Origin: Bispira polyomma
Lineage: Eukaryota
Direction: 5' to 3'
Assembly: GCA_965649765.1 (NCBI GenBank)
Contig: OZ287751.1
Coordinates: forward strand, 57,040,001-57,104,000
Length of the DNA: 64,000 nucleotides
This document shows, piece after piece, positions 14,168 to 24,500 of the stretch. The notes under the pieces are model-generated. The model saw nothing but the letters and a program-made list of their open reading frames with translations, ran no database searches and was not told where the DNA came from. How positions within the stretch are numbered: the first letter of the stretch is position 1; each line of letters starts with the position of its first letter. A program made the translations under genes and the position numbers.

Positions 14168-16620
14168 TTGGGCAACAGCTTATGATGATTACCTGGGGAG
14201 AGAAGGGTGACACCTATCAATATTTCAGATACCTATTTAGATCAGATACAATTTCATATTTGTTAAGTAATCATAGTGGATTAAAGCACTATGTATAGAG
14301 CTTATCAAACAACAATTCTGTTTTATCCAGTAATCATAGTACCACAGCATGGTACACACTCATTGAAGAGACAAGACTAAGCATAGAACTAGCTTGATAT
14401 TTTTGTGCATTAATCTAATATAGTGTAATCGTACTTTTATAGCGCTTAATCTTCGTACAATCTTTAAAATTCTAATGGCGCAACTGAGCTAAGCATTAAT
14501 AAAAAAAATCAGATAGATCGTAACTAGATAGACTACCGGGATGGTTGCAATGGCTAAGGTGGAAAGGCCTATTTGAAAAGGTAGGCCTTCAGCTTACTCC
14601 TAAAAGAGGAGAACGTTTGAGCAAAGCGAACATAATCAGGCAGGCTGTTCCATATGAAGGGGCCATCATGAGCAAGGCAATGATTAAAATGTAGTTTGGA
14701 TATGTGAATACGAGGGTCGAAAGTGGGAATATTAAGATATAGTTTATCAGGGTTACTGCGCCTAGTCCTGACTGGGCATGTATATTTGGATAGATGGGGG
14801 CTTAAATAGGTGGGTGATCCATAATTTAGAAATTTGTATATAATTGTTGCAGTTTTGAAAGCAACACAATATTTTATTGGGAGCCAGTGCAGTGACTTGA
14901 GTACAGGAGTAATATGAGAAAATTTAGAAGTTTTGGCCACAATGCGAGCCAATGAGTGTTGAACGTTCTGAAGGCGTTTGAGGTCACTACAAGATAGGGA
15001 ACGGAACAGAGAGTTGCAGTAACCAAGCCTACTGCTGACCAAGGCGTTGGCAAAAGTGATTGCAGTGGATTTGGTTAGATAATGTCGAATTCGGTTGAAA
15101 TCACGGAGTCCAACGAAACATGATCTACACACGGATGCAACATGGTTGGAAAAGGAGAATTCGGAGTCGAACAACACACCCAGGCTGTGTACTTTGTCAG
15201 CTGGGAAAAGCCTGCTGCCAAAAATATCAACTGGGAAACAGCTGGACAGTTTTCCCATTGCGACTTGGAGCCAAACAAAATAAACTCAGTCTTATCAGGG
15301 TTCAGCTTGAGTTTATTTGCTGCCATCCAGTGTTGCACATCAACAAGACAGTTCTGTAAGGAGGTGAAAGCTGCCTGGGCAGAATCGGGTGTAAGGTGGA
15401 TGTACAATTGGGTGTCATCAGCATAGAAATAAAAGTTTATGTTTTTGTATGCAGCCATGATCTTGCTGAGTGGAGTGGAGTACATTGAGAACAAAATAGG
15501 ACCCAGGACTGAGCCCTGTGGAACCCCAATTTTTAACCATGTAGGGTTGGACAAGATGTTGCTAATTTTGACCAATTGGAATCTATCAGACAAATACACC
15601 ATGAATAATTTAAGTGCAGTACCGCTGATACCAAACCAAGACAATATGCACTCAAGATGAACTTTGTATTCAATAGTATCAAATGCCACCGACAGATCCA
15701 GCAGTACTAAGGCAGTAGGCATATCTTTAGATAAAGATATATGAACGTCATTTTTGATGCAGAGTAGTGCAGTCTCTGTAGAATAACCACTTCTGTACAC
15801 TAACTGATACTTATTGCATAGATTACTAACGTCGAGATGTTGTTTGATCTGTAAGGCGACCACGCGTTCAACCAACTTAGAGACCTAGCAAAGGTCTGAG
15901 ACAGGATGATAGTTTTTTAAATCAGCTTTTGGAAGAGAAGATTTTTTTATTAAAGGAGTGACAATGGCTTGTTTAAAATCATTTGGAAAGATGCCATTAA
16001 CCAATGAGAGGTTAACAAGTTTGGTGATTGAGGGCAATAAAATGTCAATACATTTCTTAACAAGGAATGTAGGCCACGGATCTAACAAGCAAGATTTCAC
16101 GGGTGATGTAAGTATAATTTTTCTGACCTCATCAACAGTTACTGTGGAGAAAGGTTGAAGATGGTTGGTGGAGCTGATGGTAAAGGAGCATTTGGGGCAA
16201 CTGATATAAAGCTATCACGGATTCTGGTAATCTTATCTGTAAAAAAGGTACTGAAAATGTTCGCCAGTGATTTACTATTGCTGTTTTCAGGTAGTATAGT
16301 CTGGGTTTTTTTCTGTGCATTATTGAGTTTGGTAATAATTGCAGCAGGTTTTGGTTTCTTGCATTACATGATTTCAAAGTCAGTATCATCTGATGAGGAT
16401 TTTTCAGGTTGTATGTTTCACATTAACAGAGGAACTAATAAAAAGTGGGATTTCTGTGATGATATTTTACGTGGTATTACTAGTTTTGCAGTTAATAGCA
16501 ATCAGATACAGCAACACTGAGGCAGCACAGACTCTGCTGTGGTCGTTCATGTGTTTTTGTAGGTCAGTTACTGTGTAATCAATTTTATTGCTAGACATTA
16601 AGACTCCAGGTATAAAAATG
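14168..16620 (+). pseudogene. MFSD4-like exon 3 copy split by a LINE insertion (14168-14412 and 16310-16620)
   Basis: Acceptor TTTTGACAG then VGQQLMMITWGEKG; homology resumes at 16310 (CALLSLVIIAAGFG..ISKSVSSDEDF); internal deletion near 16550. Confidence 0.85.
14413..16309 (-). mobile_element. 5'-truncated L2/CR1-group LINE (RT domain, frameshifted)
   Basis: GVPQGSVLGPILF, YADDTQLY, LKLNPDKTEF, LHWLPI; 13-bp target duplication TTT(T/C)TGTGCATTA at 14400-14412 and 16310-16322. Confidence 0.95.
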
Positions 16621-17949
16621 TAGATCTTGAAAATTAAACTTAAGTCTTGAATATATATCCAAGCAACAGTCCCACGAATCTATAGAATACGCTGGTATGG
16701 AGCAATGGCAATAATACTATACGTTTATCCCTCCATTAGCCTCTTTTAGAATCCTTTATTGGATATTAGGATCACACTGATCATTAATATATCATCTAGT
16801 TGTATATGTACAGGGAAAAGGTTCGCTTTTATTTTATAATTAGTTCACCCATTTTGTGGATAAACAATGTTTCAAGAATTTGTGGTTTTGATACCTTAAC
16901 AAAAATAACAATGTAAATAGTATGACTATATTTGTTAATTTTTCAAAATTTCACAGAACTGGCCCCATGTTTTTGGTCATCTTCCGTCCTTCCTGATTAA
17001 CAATATTCGTTCTGATTTATACCCCTTGAATTGGTACCTTTTCCATCACAGTTTATCATGTTGCACAATATTTTTATCTCCTTAGATTGAATCACAAAAT
17101 TCACTTTGATTGATTGGTAAATCAAATCAATATTTTCATTTCACAAACTTACAATACGTTTTCTTTGAAAAAAGTTTCTCATTTGTGAATGTATGATCAT
17201 ATGAGCCAAATATAATCTTTACAGCTTACAAATCACAGGGCATTACTCTATGTAATGGGGTTTTAGATACAGATTATAGATATACAGTTTACATATTTTA
17301 CATGATTTTTGACTACTTCATCTCATGTTATTAGATTTACAGATGCAATCAGTCATTGAAAAGATATTTCAACTTGATACTGGTTATTTATTTGATCACA
17401 GGTTATACAAGTAACAAACTAAGGAATATACCAAACTAAACTTTCTTCAATGGATGGGAAAAAGGCAATACTGCTCATGCAGTCTTGCACCCATTGAATA
17501 TTTTTCTTGCGGGACAAGTTTTGGCGTTGGCATGTAATATGAAAATAATGGTTACAATGTTACTGATGGCAGCGTTTTCAACATGGTAGGGTAACCAGAA
17601 TTTTAGGTAGTAATGCATAGAATGCAAATTATTCTAAGAAGGCCGATGGCTTTATCAAACTTTACCTTACAAACACTGATCTTCAGAGATAAAAGCTTGC
17701 AGGTCTAGCATCTCATTAAATGCATTTTTATTAAATTTTGGGGTTGAGTTTTTCTTATTTTGACCCTTTTATAAGCTTTGATCAATTTAATTTGCAATTC
17801 CGCTATTGTTGTTGGGGTCAGTTAGCAAGAAGCGAATTTATTGGTCGAGAAGAAGAGTTCTATCCAATTAGAAGCAAGATGACAATGCTCTGCTAAGGTT
17901 TGTTTATACATTCACTGTAATTTTACCTGCAGTATTGAAAACGTCATGT

Positions 17950-19256
17950 ATATACACAGATAGAATTTCTGAAGAGGTCATACTGCCTTGAATGGGTTAA
18001 TTATTAGCAGTTTCTGAATACCTAATCTTCCTTTCTCCGAAAGTATGTAGAATATATTTTATCTTAAAGCATTTGTGTTAATGTTTTTACTTCTATAGTG
18101 CCACAATTGATGACTAGGCATCTTATGTTGGCGCATATCCTAAAAGGTGTGCAAGAGAAGAGTCCAGTGGATAGAACAAGGTTTGAGATCAAAGTTTAGT
18201 CGTGATCAGCAGACGAATGCTAAGGCGGTAAAGCGAACTGATACAGATGTGTTTTGAGGTTTTTTCTGAAGCCTGTGATGCTGGTCTCAGTACGAAGACT
18301 AGTAAGACTATTCCACTGGAGCAGGTGCTGCAACTAAGAATGATTTTGAAACATTGCGAGACGCTGTGTTCTTGTTTTCGTTGGTTTGCTTGGAAGACAC
18401 CACAGATATTGATCTGGCAATGAATAAGTTACAGCTAAGAAATCATTAAAACCATTAAGTATCCATTGTTTATAAATTTGTTAGTAAACAGGCATAATCC
18501 CTAAGAAGTAAGACAGGCCATGAGCTACCTATATTACAAACTAAGTGAACCACTTAAAATTTACAGACCAGGTAATCTTTAGTGTGTTTACATTTACATA
18601 TATGGTTTACCAAAACTTTCAGATGGCTACAATGTAGGCCAGTTAAATCGATTATTAGATACAAATGCAGTGAGTGAAGTTCACAGAATAGATTAGGTAA
18701 AACTATCAGATGGCTGGATAGAACTAAAATATTTTGAAGACTGCTTTACAATACAGGAAAACAAGATTATTTGGTTTCAATTTAATACTGAAGAATATTC
18801 ACACAAAATAAAGATCTCGGATACCGATACTTGTAATGCCTGTAAAGAGAACAGAGAAATTTTTCCGCATTTGTTTATTCATTGCCCATATGTGAATGAT
18901 CTATGGGAAAATGTTAAACAGTGGATTCGTAATACTCACAAAAAATTACTTTTAGCTTGAATCTATAATATCTTTAAAAGTTGATTGTAAGAAAGTTTCA
19001 AGAACAGAAATACCTATCGGAGATGAATTTTATGAATGCAAAATTTATAAAAGATAGGAAGTGTCGCAAAAGTTGTTTGACAATGTTTAAATAATTTCAA
19101 AGAAGTAAAAAAACTTTTTTTATCTAAAATATCTATGCTGTTAATGTGTGCATCTTTTTGGATATAAATATGTGAAAATTGATATCTCTTAGAGCCAGTA
19201 ACTACGTTCTTATGTATTGCATTATATATTGTACTTTTGTAGTGTCTGTCAAACAG

Positions 19257-19287
<31 letters not shown>

Positions 19288-19289
19288 AA
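17950..19289 (+). mobile_element. Degenerate L1/Tx1-like LINE remnant with poly(A) tail
   Basis: 18750-18930 reads ENKIIWFQF..DTCNACKENREIFPHLFIHCPYVNDLW (zf-RVT-like); poly(A) at 19257-19289; 5' boundary uncertain. Confidence 0.7.
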
Positions 19290-19388
19290 GAGACCTAAAA
19301 TGTGGTATATGTGAATTAGATTGTCAATTCAAGTCAATTCAGTAAAAAAAAATTAGAAACAAGAAATCACAAAAGTAAAATATTATAT

Positions 19389-19394
19389 TTTATT
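19389..19394 (-). terminator. Candidate ACIN1 polyadenylation signal
   Basis: AATAAA on the minus strand followed by a GT/T-rich tract, about 2.1 kb after the stop codon. Confidence 0.5.
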
Positions 19395-20364
19395 TCCAAG
19401 CAGATAATAACTAAGATTATGATACTTAAAGACAATTTAACACACAGTGATCATAAAAACTTAAATTTTTAAGTTTTGGTTATCCCATGAACTGGCTGAA
19501 CTTTTTAATTTGTATGAACAGCTACAGTGACTATTGTTCATCAATGTTACTCACCCTAAAAACAAACATTAAAAGACATTGATGACTACCTTAAAACTTG
19601 CTAAATATTGAATTTACATAAATTGAATGAAAAACAAGGTTATCAACATTTCCAATTCAAATATAATAGAGCAATCATTCTATTGTTATCACAAAATGTT
19701 TTGCTGAAAAAATGTTTAAAAAAATAACAGAACAGAAGTAACATTAAAATCAACTCGTCATTTATAATTTGATATGATCAATTTTTTTCTTTTAGAAATT
19801 CTTAAAATCAATAAAACAATTAAGATTTCATGACACTATTTATATTTTTTTCATCCAATCTATACCACAGTAAACAGACACTGCTTTACCAATACTTGTA
19901 TGAATGACCATCTCTATCACCCAAACCAGTTTTTCCCCAATACATTCTATGTATATGATACTAATTTAAACCATATTCTGTGTGTTGTACAATGGCAAAG
20001 ATCATATCAAACTCTACATATTGCATCCACTCCTTCAATACCACAAGAAAGCATTAGTAATTCTTTCAAACTATCTTATGTCTCCATACAAGCAACATTT
20101 AGATCATAATAGTAAAATTCCAGCACAAAACCATTTTCCAGAAGTTTTCACTTCTATGGCTTTTAATCAAGTACATATATCATATGTACTATATCATTGT
20201 TTATTTTATCAAACATCTTCCCAATATAATAAAGCCGTTTAAATCCATTGCCTGATTTTTTCGGCCCAATACAAAAACTAGTTCTTAATTCTAAGTAGTA
20301 CACCAGTGTTTTTAGATTTTGATTCTCTTCCTTTATTCTAAGCTGTAGACATACTTTTGTGTGA

Positions 20365-20830
20365 TGGTATTCTCTAAGCTGTTCCAGCATCCTCTCTCTG
20401 CATAGCGTTACCATAACTGGTGCTGTACCATTCTTTAAGCCGGTACAGCATTCTCCCTTTGCAGAACTTACCCGTACTAGTGCGGTAGCATTCTCTAAGC
20501 TGTTCCAGAACTCTCACCCTCTGCAGAACTGTATTAATACTGGTGCTGTGGCATTCTTTAGGCTGTTCCAGCATTCTCCCTTTGCAGAACTTTACCCGTA
20601 CTAGTGCGGTAGCATTCTCTAAGCTGTTCCAGAACCCTCACCCTCTGCAGAACTGTATTAATACTGGTGCTGTGGCCTTCTTAAGGCTGGTTTAGCATTC
20701 TCCCTTTGCAGAACTTTACTTGTACTAGCGTTGTGGCATTCTCTAAGCTGTTCCAGCATTCCCCCTCTGCAGAACTTTTCCAACACTGTCGCTATGACGT
20801 TGTAAGCTGTTCCACCTTTCCCATCTGCAG
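20365..20830. repeat. About 61-bp minisatellite, about 8 units, in the inferred ACIN1 3' UTR
   Basis: Repeated GCATTCTCTAAGCTGTTCCAGCATTCTCCCTTTGCAGAACT core with alternating variants. Confidence 0.9.
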
Positions 20831-21469
20831 ACACAAAGCATCACAAGTTTCCTCCACCTGTGACCTTTCTTCACCTTTCTACCGCCCGTTTTATCCACCC
20901 TTGAATGTGTGACACCTTGGGAGAGTTACAGTTTGCACATTCAGAATGAGAAGAAAAACACAAACAAAATAAAATGCCAAACCTTAAAGACTAGTATTAT
21001 GTGATGTACTGTTACAAACCAAGTATCTTTCAAATGGTCCAAAAAAAAAAAAGTATTAAGCTTAGTTCTTTAAAACTATTACATGACAAATTTGTAATAA
21101 AGAATGAATCAAATTTCCAAAACAATCACCAGAGACAAATAGAATAAAAAAGTTTCTGGTGCATGTCCAATTGGACAAGAGAATTACCAGGATTACTTGT
21201 CATTAAATCAATGAAATATTACAAGGAATTACAAGTCTGCCTGGGTTTCTGTTACAAATCTTCTTATACTCAGCCATAAAAACAAAAACTATAAAAATAC
21301 CAAGGCTTTGAAATCATTCTAAAGTGCAATCTGTAACTTTGCCAAGGTGTTCATAAATCCTATGAACCTGGTCAGATCTAAGCAATATTATATTCTTCCT
21401 AAATGATAACAGCATACTTTCTACATTAAAATGCTGTATTCTTCTCAAAAACAGTCAGTAACATGCTTA

Positions 21470-21562
21470 TTATCTTCTCCTTCGAGTGCCACTGGCTGAA
21501 CGACTACGACTCTTCCTTCTGCGGTCTGGACTTCTCACTCTTCGACTTATTGTTTCTCGCTC
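21470..21562 (-). CDS. ACIN1: ACIN1 exon 20 (RS-rich tail, TAA stop)
   Basis: TTTTGTAG|[30 protein letters not shown]. Confidence 0.85.
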   Translation of the reverse strand, partial: ERETISRRVRSPDRRRKSRSRSASGTRRRR

Positions 21563-24500
21563 CTACAAAAGACAACACGTTATATCATCAATTACACACT
21601 GACATTCTGTCCCCTACAAAAGACAACAAGTTTTTCATCAATCACACCCTGACATTCTCTCTCCTACAAAAGACAACAAGTTATATCATCAATCACACAC
21701 ATACATTCTCTCCTACAAAAGACAACAAGTTATATCATCAATCACACATTGACATTCTTCCTCCTACAAAAGACAACAAATTATATCATCAATTACACAC
21801 TGACATTCTGTCTCCTACAAAAGACAAGTTATTTTATCAATTACACACTGACATTCTGTCTTCTACAAAAGACAAGTTATATTATCAATCACACACTGAC
21901 ATTCTCTCTTCTACAAAAGACAACAAGTTATAACATCAATTACACACTGACATTTATTTCAACACACACTGTACACACACACTGTACACACACAATATAC
22001 ACACACCTAGACACCCACCTTACGCAGACTCTCCCTCTCCATCAACCTCTGCTTTCTCTCCTGCTCCTCCTGCTCTTCCCGCTGTTTTCTACGTTCCAGA
22101 CGCTGTTCTTCTTCTTTTTTCTTCAATGTAGCTTTATTCTCATACTACAAAAACAAAACGGAAACACTAAATATAAACTACAGTATAAAACCTCAATTAT
22201 CGTAACTTCTATTAACCAGGCCTAGTCCACATAGCAAGTGTTTAGTGTTCTAGTCCAAATCTACAAATATGGGTGCTGATGTCTGGTAGTTTTAAAGTGC
22301 AGGTGCTCTCCGGTTCTTCAGTCAGAGGCAGCCACTATATACAGGGCGTGGACCTGTAGTTTTGAAGAGCAGATGCTTACCTGTTCTTCAGTGAGAGGGA
22401 GCCAGTATATACAGGGCGTGGACTTGGTCTTCCTGAACAAATCATCCAGCAGTTTAGCAGGTGGTTCCTCTACAGCCGCAGCGGTGGCCGTGGCTTTTCT
22501 CTCTGCAGAGATAAATTTTGCAAATAATGTCACTGGTGATTTTGAATGAATGTTTTAGAGACACTAAATTTTACTTTTATAATGCTATACTTTCAGTCAA
22601 AAATAGACTAAATTAAACTTTTTTTAAAGTGAAAGTACTATTTATGAAGGCATTCATGAACACATTTCAAATGATTCCCAAATCAATGCATTCGTATCCG
22701 TAAAAAGGGTTAAGTATTTGTATTTGAATACTTTTCACATGTATTCGCCTATGTCTGGATATATTACAACACACATGGTCCTTACATACAAACTTCTCTC
22801 ACACAAGCATCTTGGGAGAGAAACTGGTTTTTGAGAAGGATATCGTCATTTTAGTATAAATAGCAAAATCAACTAGACTTAGTAAAAAAATTTATTACAC
22901 TTTGTATTATTACACTACAAATATATCTAGTTAAATACTGGCGTCCCATTCCATACCCTATTCTCTCCATGGATTATCAGTTGTCCCTCCTACTTCTCCT
23001 CCTGCACTGCCTACTGGCTTCCCAGTCCCAACTTTTCTTGGATTACCATCCCCCCCCCCCCCCCCCCCCCCCTCCCCATCACACACTTCCTGGCATCCCA
23101 TTCCCTTCCACCCAACAGAAAAACTCCCTAGCCTGCCACACCTGTTGTCCTGCGCTCCGTACTGGCGCGCCATACATCCCCCACCCCCACCCAACTTCTA
23201 AACTCTTCTCCTGCGCTTTGTACTGGCGACCAGTTTCCTCCTCTCACTGGAATACCATCCCCACCCCCTCCCCCAATCACACTGGACTTTCTTTAAGTCC
23301 ATTACACAGAATCCTGTCATTCCCTACCTCTCCTCCTGCGCTCCCTACTGGCATCCTGTTCCCTCCTCTCCTTTCTTTCCTTGGACCTGCGTTCCCTCTC
23401 CATAGAGCGCTGTCTGGCTCTCCTGTTTACAGGGGATGGAGATTTGCTTTGCCTCAATTTGTCTCTGTAATGAGAGGTAACAACACAGGTGTAAGACACA
23501 GGGAATGTAGTTTTGAGAACAGTTTCTTAATACTGTGCAGAAACATTTGTGGTCCTATAAAAGCCTTCTCTTGTAAATTTGAATTTGGATATTTAACGTT
23601 CACTCTAGTACCTGTTTAGGTTATATTGGGACTGGTAGTGGGAAACGTTGGACGAAACACTGCATACAGTTGATCAAGGTTCTGCACTAAAACAAGTGGC
23701 ACACAGTAAGGAACTAGCACCTTTTCCACATAGGCATCAACAGGAGTCGAACCCACGCTAGTGGATCCCAGAGGTAAGAGACCAGTGATTGTGAAAATCA
23801 ACCTTGTTAAGTGGAAATCCTGCTTATATAGACATATTTCTCCTGGCCCCTTGAGGTTTGATTTGCATAGAATAAACTGTAGATCGATGTTTAAAATATG
23901 TTTTGACTAAAAATAAACGCTCATCATTGATGCAGCTATTGCTCACTAAATTTACATATGTTGTTTCATAGTTGACCTGGGTGCATACCTAGGGTCACTT
24001 TTGTATTTTAGTGTTTTCCAAATGTACATCATTGACACAACAACGCTGCCACTCACCTGTCCCACTCTCTTATTTTCGGTGCCTCTTTCCTTGGAGGTGT
24101 TTTCTTCTCTTTTTCTGGCTCTGACTGGCGCCGTGAGCGAGGGGGAGGGGCGCGGGCTGGTACTGGGGACGGGGCTTTTGGAGGAGGTGCATCTTTCTCT
24201 AGATAATGGTCCATCTGTGAAACAACAGGAAACAGGTCTTAAAATCTCTCTAAAATACCAAAACTGTCGCTCTTCTTCCAATAGTAATGCTTTCACTGAG
24301 GTTTACGACAGCACATTTCAAAGGTGATTTACATATTCTGTCGTTATTCTGTGTTATATCTGCCGTGTCCAATCTGTTAAGTTTACAAATGGTAACCACT
24401 GTCACCATTGGATGCTAAATATTTAAACATTTTTCAAAGAGAATTCTAAATGTCATGTATTAAATATATATAACTGTTGGTAGTCACCAATAGTAAAGTT

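Noticed and set aside
21463-22225. Plus-strand repetitive ORFs (PTKDNKL...) and a CRISPR-like appearance
   Set aside because: Translation of a tandem minisatellite with no unique spacers, in a eukaryotic intron
22969-23619. 216-aa Pro-rich plus-strand ORF
   Set aside because: Arises from the C-rich intronic repeat and the antisense of exon 17
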